From the sequence record MN871453.1: a DNA stretch of 64,000 bases; one strand, 5' to 3'. Positions 38,968-47,742 of this stretch are shown here, in pieces. The first letter of the stretch is position 1. Each line of letters begins with the position of its first letter. The notes beneath the pieces are model-generated. The model was not told the DNA's origin and did not search any database. It worked only from the letters and a program-made list of their open reading frames with translations. Made by a program: the position numbers and the translations under genes.

Positions 38968-39333
38968 TCAGCTGATTGGAACGATCTCGAGAAACCGCTT
39001 ACTGACAGTAATACGGCTCCGTTTTCGTTTCGCCAACGCACGTTCCAGCACTGCCCGCAGTTTGATTGCTTGTAGCCGGGTTAAGTCCCAGACAATCTCT
39101 TTGCGCGTGACACATTTCCAGAACCCCCAGTAAGCGCCCGTGGAGATACGGATGATATTGTTCTCAGAAGCGATGAGACGCTCTCTCAGCGTCGGTAAGT
39201 CCAACGTCAGTAAATGACCATGGGTTTTGATAGAGTCGGTTAGCTTGTCATTCAGTGCGTTATAGAGCGCTTTCATTTCACGGGGCTCGATAACCATATC
39301 TCGATATCCGTAAACTTGAATCTCAACGGCCAT
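38968..39333 (-). CDS. hypothetical protein, paralogue A
   Basis: 121 aa; WDLTRLQAIKLRAVLERALAKR. Confidence 0.65.
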   Translation of the reverse strand: MAVEIQVYGYRDMVIEPREMKALYNALNDKLTDSIKTHGHLLTLDLPTLRERLIASENNIIRISTGAYWGFWKCVTRKEIVWDLTRLQAIKLRAVLERALAKRKRSRITVSKRFLEIVPIS

Positions 39334-39688
39334 TTTTATTTACCGCCATCAGCTGAATTTGAGAAAAACGCACTTGGTTAAAAGACATCACCAGTCGATC
39401 AGATTGACGTTTCGCTAAGAAAGCTTCGCAACGTAACATCAAACGAAACGCCTGACTGCGAGTTAGCTTCCAGTAGTGACGATTGCCTAACCAGATCTGA
39501 AGAAGACCGTCGTCAATATCGATGACACGGACCAGAATATCTTCGCCCTGATTTTCTTCAAGGTCAGCGGCGATAGTCGCCCGGAGCTTTTTGGCGTAGT
39601 GTCGACTAAGAACCATCTTAGGGACAATAGTATTTTCTTTTTCTTTCGCTGAGTCCCATTGTTTGGCAACGTTCTGAGTAAAGTTCAT
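39323..39688 (-). CDS. hypothetical protein, paralogue B
   Basis: 121 aa; WKLTRSQAFRLMLRCEAFLAKR. Confidence 0.65.
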   Translation of the reverse strand: MNFTQNVAKQWDSAKEKENTIVPKMVLSRHYAKKLRATIAADLEENQGEDILVRVIDIDDGLLQIWLGNRHYWKLTRSQAFRLMLRCEAFLAKRQSDRLVMSFNQVRFSQIQLMAVNKNGR

Positions 39689-39756
39689 TTTGAATTCCTT
39701 ATTGGTTTAGTTAGCATAGTCCTTCGGTCAAACGACCGAAGGAAGTGTAAATAGGA

Positions 39757-40146
39757 TTAAGCGGCTTCAGCCATTTTGATACGAATTTCTGAAGGGAAAT
39801 CGAAACCAACTTCTTTCCCTGGGCGCAATGCTTCCTGACGAGAAGCAACTTCGATGCGAACGTTTTTACGAATCTGAATACCAAAGCCCAGATCGGTTTT
39901 GTAACATTCGATGTCACGGTATTTATCGTTGGTGTTTTCAATGGCGTTCAGTAACAGCCATTTGATATCACCTTTACGGTCGAAGGCAATGTCTTGCAGC
40001 TGCGCATAAAGCGGGTAGTATTCGGTTTCGAAAAGAATCTGTGCCGGAGTATCGACGAATTCAGTTTCGTGGTAAAGCGCTCTCAGTAAACCGGCGATGC
40101 GAGCAGCGGTGATAGCGAGGGTTTGTTTATCAGTGAAAGTGATCAT
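39757..40146 (-). CDS. hypothetical early protein
   Basis: 129 aa, SD GGAG, optimised codons. Confidence 0.65.
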   Translation of the reverse strand: MITFTDKQTLAITAARIAGLLRALYHETEFVDTPAQILFETEYYPLYAQLQDIAFDRKGDIKWLLLNAIENTNDKYRDIECYKTDLGFGIQIRKNVRIEVASRQEALRPGKEVGFDFPSEIRIKMAEAA

Positions 40147-40187
40147 TTTTGGATACTCCGGTAGAATTGTTGAGGTAAAAGAATGTC

Positions 40188-40508
40188 TTAGGAAATGTTT
40201 TTAACTAACCGTTTGAAGACGCCCGCATCGATAGTGAAGCAAACGATACTCGCGGGTTCGACGTAATGATTGGTCAGCGTGAAGATGTAGTCGTCGTAGG
40301 TTTGCAGTATCTTCAATGCCGCCTCGTAGACGCTATGGTCTGCTTTACGAACTAATACAACGGTGTTGTACGAATCCCCGGGCAGGAGAAGGCGATCACC
40401 CAGCGCATTGGCGTCATCGTGGGAAAAGATCAGCTCGATACTGCGGACGTCGTTTGATTCGATGTCGTTCTCGAGAAAGACCACGGAGTTCATTTTTGAA
40501 AAGCGCAT
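40188..40508 (-). CDS. hypothetical early protein
   Basis: 106 aa, SD GAGG. Confidence 0.6.
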   Translation of the reverse strand: MRFSKMNSVVFLENDIESNDVRSIELIFSHDDANALGDRLLLPGDSYNTVVLVRKADHSVYEAALKILQTYDDYIFTLTNHYVEPASIVCFTIDAGVFKRLVKNIS

Positions 40509-40517
40509 GTTTAACCT

Positions 40518-41177
40518 CTATTGGTTGAAAACGGAAATGAAGCGACTTACAACACGCGTACGACCTTTACCCGGACCGCGCTTAATTGGACAGGTCATCG
40601 TGAGACGGTACGCTTTTAATACATCACCATCGAAGTCTGCAAAACCAGGCACCGCTGGCCCTTTATTTGCATGAAGATTAATAAGAGGGAGATGAGGGAT
40701 CATCGTGATACGGGCATCTGAAGTTAATAAATTATTCAGCAAAGCCTCCCGCTGAGATTGATCGTAATGGCCGATATTGTCTTTGTCCTCAAAAACAATA
40801 ACTTTAGAGTTATCGGGAGAGCCATAGATGTCTAGCTGGGGGCTATCAAGGAATTGAACTGTTTCGTACGGTTCTTCTGAAAGCACAACAATTTCTTTCA
40901 AACCGTCAATGATTGAAGAAGTTGCAATTACTGCCCGGACTTCTCCAGCTGGGGTCGTATCGTGAATACAATGTCGCGCAGTCATTAAAGACAATTGCAT
41001 CCCTCTCACTTTTTCACTTCTAACGAATAGTTCAGGTAATGACATGTCGTAGAACGCTTCAGCGTTATGTGATAATAGGTAAGCAATTTTCTTCTGGGAA
41101 ATCTCAGTATCTTTTACAGTATCAAACCATGATAAAATATCTTTGGCCAGTTGTACGATAGTTTCAAAATTAGCCAT
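40518..41177 (-). CDS. hypothetical early protein (AT-rich)
   Basis: 219 aa, first gene after promoter cassette 41193-41266. Confidence 0.65.
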   Translation of the reverse strand: MANFETIVQLAKDILSWFDTVKDTEISQKKIAYLLSHNAEAFYDMSLPELFVRSEKVRGMQLSLMTARHCIHDTTPAGEVRAVIATSSIIDGLKEIVVLSEEPYETVQFLDSPQLDIYGSPDNSKVIVFEDKDNIGHYDQSQREALLNNLLTSDARITMIPHLPLINLHANKGPAVPGFADFDGDVLKAYRLTMTCPIKRGPGKGRTRVVSRFISVFNQ

Positions 41178-41192
41178 TTCGCTTTCCTCTAA

Positions 41193-41266
41193 GTTTAGTT
41201 ATTTAGAAAGGTCTTTACCTTTCCTTCTTCACCTTGGCTATATATACATCAAAAAAACTGCATTTC
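41193..41266 (-). repeat. duplicated early promoter plus leader (copy 1)
   Basis: ~75-bp near-identity to 62725-62799; contains AAATGCAGTTTTTTTGATGTATATA on -. Confidence 0.85.
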
Positions 41267-41285
41267 ATTCTCTTAGAAAGTTTTT

Positions 41286-42572
41286 ATGTTACCCATTCTA
41301 ATTTTGAAGGACACTGTTGTGGAAATCAAAAACCTTTTTGACGATCGTTTTAAGAACGTCGTTTACGATAGTCGCTTTGCCAGGGATGTCGCTGTTTTCA
41401 CGAAGACCTTCGAAAACAAAGGCGAACATGCAAACTTCTTTGGTAGCGGTCTACTCGGTACCGTCAGGATTCGTTGGACAAACACTGAAACCAACGGGTT
41501 CTTTGATGACATTTTAAAAATCGACCCCGATGACCTGAAAGCTGACATCGACGAACTGGATTGCATCGATCCAAGTCATATCGTGACTACGGACGCCTTT
41601 AACTTGATGATCGTCTACTGCGTCCATCGTGCGATGACCAGTGGTAAACTCTCAGCGGTACAACGAAAAGAAACCGCGATTAACCTGTTAAGAATTCTCC
41701 ACTTTAAATTCATCTGCGGGATCATCACTCGGTACTTCCCGCACGGGACAGACGTACAGATCGCACTGCGGACGTATGAGGCCATGACTAACCGCTTCGA
41801 CCTCAAGATCTACAAGACTTGGGGTAAACTCATTACGGCCCGCGCCCAGTCAATTATTGAGCCTCACGGCATCCACGCGAAAACGATCCAGACCTTCACA
41901 GACGACGACGCTGTCAAGTACATGCTCTCGGATATCCAGACCCGTATTCGAACCGTGATCAAAACGTTAACGGCGCTCTATTACCAGGTCAGAGAAAACG
42001 ATGGTCGAGTTATCTCGGTTTCCAGTATGGTTGAGGTCGAAGGTAACCTCGAGCTGCGAGACGTTAAACGTGCCTTCCCGAAATACCGCCGTTACCTCTT
42101 TGAACAAATGACTGACCCGGCTAGTTTTATACGTTTGGAGTTAGTGGATATTCTGACAAAGAATGCCCCTTCGCAGAAAAAAGCGTTAATTGCCACGTTG
42201 CAATATACCAGCTTGCATGTCATTAACCCGGAAACGTTATTTAACACCAACCGTGGGAAAGAAGTTAAGCAGAGTAAAGAAACGCGTCAATTGGTTGAGT
42301 TTACTGAAAGAACGCTCGAATATACTTTCGACTTTATTCACGGTAAGGGAATCAACCCACGCAACCTCGTCGAGTTAATCGGCAGCATCAAAGCGGTATT
42401 GAACGCCTCCCGTAACAAAGAACCGGAGGTCATGTACCTCAGAACCGAAGGCGATAAGATTGTGCGTGCAGCCACCGGTAAACGCGAACCTACGCCAGTC
42501 TCTGCGGAACGAACATCGTTTATCCTGTATTTGATTCTGCGTACCCTGACAATGAACTACTACCAAAATTAA
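41286..42572 (+). CDS. conserved phiKZ-like protein, late strand (likely GTG start 41319)
   Basis: Long helical ORF; SD AAGGA before GTG 41319; TATG at 41285 resembles late promoter. Confidence 0.7.
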   Translation: MLPILILKDTVVEIKNLFDDRFKNVVYDSRFARDVAVFTKTFENKGEHANFFGSGLLGTVRIRWTNTETNGFFDDILKIDPDDLKADIDELDCIDPSHIVTTDAFNLMIVYCVHRAMTSGKLSAVQRKETAINLLRILHFKFICGIITRYFPHGTDVQIALRTYEAMTNRFDLKIYKTWGKLITARAQSIIEPHGIHAKTIQTFTDDDAVKYMLSDIQTRIRTVIKTLTALYYQVRENDGRVISVSSMVEVEGNLELRDVKRAFPKYRRYLFEQMTDPASFIRLELVDILTKNAPSQKKALIATLQYTSLHVINPETLFNTNRGKEVKQSKETRQLVEFTERTLEYTFDFIHGKGINPRNLVELIGSIKAVLNASRNKEPEVMYLRTEGDKIVRAATGKREPTPVSAERTSFILYLILRTLTMNYYQN

Positions 42573-42575
42573 ACC

Positions 42576-42609
42576 AAAAAAAAAAGAGAGGGGTAACCCT
42601 CTCTTTTTT
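42576..42609. terminator. bidirectional terminator
   Basis: AAAAAGAGAGGG/CCCTCTCTTTTT between convergent genes. Confidence 0.8.
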
Positions 42610-42616
42610 ATTTTCG

Positions 42617-43663
42617 TTATAACCCGATTTGTTTCGCCAGTCGGCAATAACCACGATAGAACGCGTCGATCAGAAGATTCTCGAGAAGCGGAATGGAGGC
42701 GATACTCTGTCCAAAGACGTTGTAGTTCCAGGTGACGTGTTTGCGTACCGCACAGGTGTTCTCGGGTCGTGGGCCTTTCACCATATAGGCAATATCGCCT
42801 ACGCTGGAAGTTAATACCCAACGCCCCTGATCTTCCCGGTATTCGACGTCCGTGATAAAGCGATCGGTTTTAAACTCTTCTTCGCTCAACGGTGAACCGA
42901 TGATATCTTCCACTGCTTTTCGCATGTAAGAATCAATCAGCGGGATTTTCTCGACGTTTCCGTCGATATGGTAACCAAACCCCTTACCGAGTATTGACCC
43001 TACGTAGAAGCCTTCACAGGTGTCTTTATCGTTGGATCGATTAATGAGCTTTAGAACAAGGTCAGTTGTGCTGTCAAAGAACAGGGCAACGTTCGGGAGA
43101 AACTGGTATTCACCGCGGCGTTGACAAACCACTTTGTGCGCCCAGCTTAATTCGAAGTGTTCCCGCATGTACAGGATAAAATCTTCACCCAGTTGTTTCT
43201 GCCAGGTACGGCCGTAAAAGTCACCGGTCCACGTACTCTTGTCGTCGGCCATAGTTCCGACTGCGATCGGGCGACCATTCATCAACAACGTCCGCTGCAT
43301 GACATGAATTTTAAAACGACAGTTGAGCATAAACCGTGCTCGCGCTTTCTGACCAATAAACCCTTGGAAAGCGTGTTGGATCGCCAGGAAACTAAACGGG
43401 CTTTTCGTTTCCTGAGTGAAATGATACCGCGTAGTATCGCCGCCTTCGGTAACGAAGACAAGGTGTTTCATTTCTAAGGTAGGGTTAGTGCTAAACCGTA
43501 AAACAATATTGTCGTCCTTGTCCGTAAAGATAAATCCGTTTTCGTTACGATAACCAAAAAGACGATCCTTTTTACTGATCTCCAAAACCCCTTCGTAGTG
43601 AAAATCAGTCCCTGTTTTCTTATCGTAAACGGTACTGTAAACAAACGTTTCTATCGTTGCCAT
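42617..43663 (-). CDS. hypothetical protein
   Basis: 348 aa, SD AAGGAG, promoter motif at 43732. Confidence 0.7.
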   Translation of the reverse strand: MATIETFVYSTVYDKKTGTDFHYEGVLEISKKDRLFGYRNENGFIFTDKDDNIVLRFSTNPTLEMKHLVFVTEGGDTTRYHFTQETKSPFSFLAIQHAFQGFIGQKARARFMLNCRFKIHVMQRTLLMNGRPIAVGTMADDKSTWTGDFYGRTWQKQLGEDFILYMREHFELSWAHKVVCQRRGEYQFLPNVALFFDSTTDLVLKLINRSNDKDTCEGFYVGSILGKGFGYHIDGNVEKIPLIDSYMRKAVEDIIGSPLSEEEFKTDRFITDVEYREDQGRWVLTSSVGDIAYMVKGPRPENTCAVRKHVTWNYNVFGQSIASIPLLENLLIDAFYRGYCRLAKQIGL

Positions 43664-43731
43664 GTCGTTCTCCTTTTAGTGTGGATAATAAAAAGAATGT
43701 CAGCAATAACGCCGACATTCTGTTGCGTATT

Positions 43732-43747
43732 TCAATAGAGTGATATA
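43732..43747 (-). promoter_or_regulatory. phage promoter TATATCACTCTATTGA
   Basis: Identical to the 9239-9254 copy. Confidence 0.7.
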
Positions 43748-43765
43748 TTCGTCTATTGTTTTCGA

Positions 43766-45958
43766 TTACCTATAGAAATTCGTCCCCATGTATTTTTGGA
43801 AGTCAGCGTGACGATTAGCGTTCATCTCCTCGATCTTACCTGCGACGTTAATCGGTTCCGCACCCGCCTCTTGTAAACACTCGTTAAGGTAATTGAGACG
43901 TCGCTCAAGCTTCATAGTGATAATTGGATTATCGGCATTTTCGATGGCTGACAATGTCTTTTCAATTTCACGATGGAGGAAATCAATCTCTTCCTGCTGC
44001 TCGTCAATTTCCTGCGCATTCCCTGCCAACGCATCTACTGCCCCCGTCAATACCCTTCTGGAATCTAACCCGTAATAGTCTAAGTTCGATCCGTACAATA
44101 ACAGATAGACGGTCAGAAGGTAGGCGATAACGGTATCGTCATGTCCACCCGGTGGATGGTCAATTCTTCCGTTCTTCTCGACCAACCCGGTCAATTCCGC
44201 AATGAGAATTTTATCATGAAGTCGTGTAGCCCCTTTCTGCATGGCGATCTTCAGAACGGTTTCGTAAAGCTGACGTCGGGTGGTGGTTCCCGTGCAGAAA
44301 CCAAACTTCGTTTTACGACGAATATAGAATGCGTCATCACGACGGTTCATGTCACCCTGCAGCTCAAGGAACGCCGCGGTGTCCACTGACTTATTATCGA
44401 CAATTAAGTTAAAGATTCGTTTGAACGGATCAATTCCCTTGCTGTGCAATATCAGACAGAGGTAATCAATAAACGTTTGTCCGGTGGATTTACGTTCCGG
44501 GATGAAGACAGCCTTAGGATAAGAAATTAACAGATCACCTAAGAACTCAGCGTATTTAGGAATCAGTGCTTCGTTGATTACTGAAATCCCGATAACGTCC
44601 GCAGTATAAGGATCAAGGAACACCAACGACAGCGCATCTCGTCCACCGCCTTCTGAGGTATCGGCCCCAATGACAAAGGTCATCGTCTTACGATTTGCAT
44701 CCAGATATTCTTTGGAGACATACCAGTGGACAATGTAACCGTTCCTGAAGATTTCGGAATAATCAGAATAACGCTGTGAGGCAATGGCTTTTGCTAACAG
44801 CTCTTTATCAATCGGGTTGTTCGTCCCCGCTGCGGTCCAGATGTTAAAGAAGTCACGATCTGCTTCTGGGCCACGTGCCATAGCACGACGCATGTTCTCG
44901 TAATGCTGTTCGTCAGAGACCCCAACCTGGTTGTGACTCCACGTTCCGTTGATTAAGAGTTTCGCATCAGAGGATTTCAGATTGCGCTGAACGATCTCAC
45001 GAAGTTCTTCTTGACTCCCTGCGTCGTAAAAGTGCTCAGACCACCGAGCAGCTTCGTTCCACATTTTGAAAACAAAGCGACCATCGCGAGACGTTTGGTC
45101 ACCCGCGGTAGTGGTCATGATGCTGCCCCAGGGCATGTTTCTCGCTTTCGCTTTTTGAATCGCGGCGTTCATACCGGGCATTGCTGCTTTAAACGCAATT
45201 TCGATATAGTTGATGAAGGGAGTTTCATCCCAGCCTACCGTAGGCGAGGTGTTACCACGGCCAACTTTATTCGCACCACCTGGGTCAGAACGAGATACTG
45301 CTACCGCAAACAAGTTACCACGGGTGTTATAGGTCACCTTCTCGTTAGCAATCGTGTCTGAACGGTCTGTTACTGTCAGATAAGGTGGCAAGTATTCACG
45401 GATACGACGTATCATCGTGGTTGTTTCAGAACGTAATTCGTCTGATTTGGTCACGAGTGAGATACGGGCCTTTGTATATCGCATATACAGCAGCCAGGAG
45501 TAAAGACAATAAGAGATAAGTGACTTACCAGTCTGACGGGGTTGTATCAACAGGTAATCGATATGGTTCATGTACGACCAGATCAAAGACATGTTCGCGC
45601 GGTTTGCTCTTAAAAGATCACCTTCTTCACCGACAACCGGCGGAACGCGAAGACACTCTCTGAGATAATACCAGATGTTATATTCCGCTTCGATCTTAAT
45701 TGCGATCATCTGTTCTTCAGTCAGATCGGGACTGAAAGGATCGACACCGACAAGGTCCGGGTTTAAAAGTGCAATCGGCCAGTGGTGGTTTTTAATTCCC
45801 ATGTTTTGTAAGACACCAACAAAACGTAGGAATTCTTTGTTTGGCGTATCCCAATCCGGGATAGCAGAGGGATGATAATCCCAATCGCTAAGGTGGAGAA
45901 TAGGACGCGAGTCATTCTCTAGAATAATGGAGGAGGTCATAGAGTTTCCCTCTGACAA
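43766..45958 (-). CDS. terL: terminase large subunit (phiKZ gp25-like)
   Basis: Walker A PRQTGKS, Walker B VGWDE, nuclease GADTSEG and HDDTVIA; next to tail module. Confidence 0.92.
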   Translation of the reverse strand: MSEGNSMTSSIILENDSRPILHLSDWDYHPSAIPDWDTPNKEFLRFVGVLQNMGIKNHHWPIALLNPDLVGVDPFSPDLTEEQMIAIKIEAEYNIWYYLRECLRVPPVVGEEGDLLRANRANMSLIWSYMNHIDYLLIQPRQTGKSLISYCLYSWLLYMRYTKARISLVTKSDELRSETTTMIRRIREYLPPYLTVTDRSDTIANEKVTYNTRGNLFAVAVSRSDPGGANKVGRGNTSPTVGWDETPFINYIEIAFKAAMPGMNAAIQKAKARNMPWGSIMTTTAGDQTSRDGRFVFKMWNEAARWSEHFYDAGSQEELREIVQRNLKSSDAKLLINGTWSHNQVGVSDEQHYENMRRAMARGPEADRDFFNIWTAAGTNNPIDKELLAKAIASQRYSDYSEIFRNGYIVHWYVSKEYLDANRKTMTFVIGADTSEGGGRDALSLVFLDPYTADVIGISVINEALIPKYAEFLGDLLISYPKAVFIPERKSTGQTFIDYLCLILHSKGIDPFKRIFNLIVDNKSVDTAAFLELQGDMNRRDDAFYIRRKTKFGFCTGTTTRRQLYETVLKIAMQKGATRLHDKILIAELTGLVEKNGRIDHPPGGHDDTVIAYLLTVYLLLYGSNLDYYGLDSRRVLTGAVDALAGNAQEIDEQQEEIDFLHREIEKTLSAIENADNPIITMKLERRLNYLNECLQEAGAEPINVAGKIEEMNANRHADFQKYMGTNFYR

Positions 45959-45987
45959 CGAAAAGACAATATCATAGGGAATATAGC

Positions 45988-46017
45988 GGTACAGGAGGCC
46001 ATTAAGCCTCCTGTACC
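45988..46017 (-). terminator. terminator-like hairpin between tail gene and terminase
   Basis: 12-bp stem GGTACAGGAGGC/GCCTCCTGTACC. Confidence 0.6.
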
Positions 46018-46031
46018 AAGGGTTTGTGTTT

Positions 46032-47741
46032 TTAACTCAGTGTTTGACGTATGATCAAACCGGAAGACGCAAGTTGTAAATCCACCCCGTTCACTGAACG
46101 TACCCAATGAACGAGCGCCAATTCACCTACGTGCCCACCGGTTGCAATGGTAAACGTCGTGTTCCAGGCAGAGATCGGTTGTCTGACTCGAATGTTATCC
46201 ACCTGAAGAATGAAGTGCGTCGGCATCGGCGCTTCCGTTTCTGTCTCAGTGTCAAACAACGGGTGAAGACGGTAATATAGCCGATCCAGCCATTCGTTCT
46301 GTGTCTGGGCTCCCATGGTAAGGTCAGTCGACCAAACCTGAGACGAAATGTATTTCAGACGACATTCTAACGATCCGCCGTAGTCTTCGTCACCCAGTTC
46401 GTAGTTGACGTACCACGGACTATCAACGCCCGATTCACCATTGGCCATCAGGGTGATGTCGTTGCTCTGTACATGTCGATAGGAGCCAAACGAAGCAGAG
46501 ACTTTGGAAATATCAAGCGCAAAGATCATGTGCTGTTTGGTGTTGTAAAGCGTAGGGTCCCAAACCGCCGAACCCGGCGACGCTTCGACGATATCGGTCA
46601 CTTCGTACATCGCCAGACGATCGAGCGAATACATAAAGTGACGGAGCTTAAACCCGTTACCGTTCCGCTGCCATTCCGGGAACATGAAGAGTTTAACTGC
46701 ATAGGCATTCGGTAAAGTTACAGTTTCGATCGTATAGGGAACCGTGATCGTTCCAGAAGCTGTCGTTGTCCCTTTAAAACTCTCTGTCGTGTCGAGCTGA
46801 TAGAAAAGCGTCAGTGGGCTGTTTTGACCCGATTGCGTCGGGATAAACTCCGCTAAACCAGACAGGTAGATCTTACTGCCGTCCACCGGTTTAATGACCG
46901 AGCTGCCATCAGTGTACGTTACCTTCGCGCTGACATCGATGGAGGTCATCAGAAGATTGACCGGAACATTCAGGCGGTTAGGGTCGGTTGCCGACAGGTA
47001 ACTGCTGACCAAGGCGACCGAGTCAATAGAACGTTTCGCTGAATTCGATTGACGAATAATACCAGAGTCAACAACGGTCATTGTGAAACGGGACGTCGGT
47101 AACCCCGCAGCGTCGTAGAACACCACCAGGACTGTCTCACCGTTGGTAATTTTACGCGTAGCGTTGGCAGTCACGGGAATACGGTAATTACCGGTTCCAT
47201 CCCCTTCGATTGTCATCAGGGGGATTTTATCGCTTTCGAGTTCACCGGACTGATTGTAATACGCTGAAAGCACTTCGAGGTTACCAGTACTGGACATGTT
47301 AGAGAAAACTCGCACGTAAGTCGCAGTAGGTTGATAGGCTCTCATTAAACTGTCGAATGCCATCTCCGGTGGTGAAACGGTATTGTCGACATAAACGAAA
47401 TAGCCAGGTTGCGGGTAACGGCTACCGACTCCCAGTAGAATATCGATGGAGTTATCAATCGTAGTAGGAACGTTGTACGCAATCCACTTAGAAAGTAATG
47501 TTGAGGTATCGACTTCGGTAACGATATAGAGACCTGAAGTTTTGTCGAAGATACGGTTACCAACATTCGGCACAAACCGGCCTTTGTTACCGCTACCAAT
47601 CCCTGCTGGTCCGACATAGATCTCGGACATGTCCCATTCTTTCCATAATCCATTCGGGTTCCAAATGGGGACGTCAGACGGCGTACTGTCCGTTAACGCT
47701 AATGCGTAACGCACCCCACTACTCGTGATCGATGTGGTCAT
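46032..47741 (-). CDS. virion/baseplate-region protein (phiKZ gp26-like)
   Basis: 569 aa, beta-rich; synteny between terminase and sheath. Confidence 0.65.
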   Translation of the reverse strand: MTTSITSSGVRYALALTDSTPSDVPIWNPNGLWKEWDMSEIYVGPAGIGSGNKGRFVPNVGNRIFDKTSGLYIVTEVDTSTLLSKWIAYNVPTTIDNSIDILLGVGSRYPQPGYFVYVDNTVSPPEMAFDSLMRAYQPTATYVRVFSNMSSTGNLEVLSAYYNQSGELESDKIPLMTIEGDGTGNYRIPVTANATRKITNGETVLVVFYDAAGLPTSRFTMTVVDSGIIRQSNSAKRSIDSVALVSSYLSATDPNRLNVPVNLLMTSIDVSAKVTYTDGSSVIKPVDGSKIYLSGLAEFIPTQSGQNSPLTLFYQLDTTESFKGTTTASGTITVPYTIETVTLPNAYAVKLFMFPEWQRNGNGFKLRHFMYSLDRLAMYEVTDIVEASPGSAVWDPTLYNTKQHMIFALDISKVSASFGSYRHVQSNDITLMANGESGVDSPWYVNYELGDEDYGGSLECRLKYISSQVWSTDLTMGAQTQNEWLDRLYYRLHPLFDTETETEAPMPTHFILQVDNIRVRQPISAWNTTFTIATGGHVGELALVHWVRSVNGVDLQLASSGLIIRQTLS

Positions 47742-47742
47742 T

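Noticed and set aside
41285-41288. Leaderless starts at TTTTTATG (41286 and 62817)
   Set aside because: Better SD-supported starts lie just downstream (GTG 41319; second Met of 62817); TATG is more simply a late promoter motif
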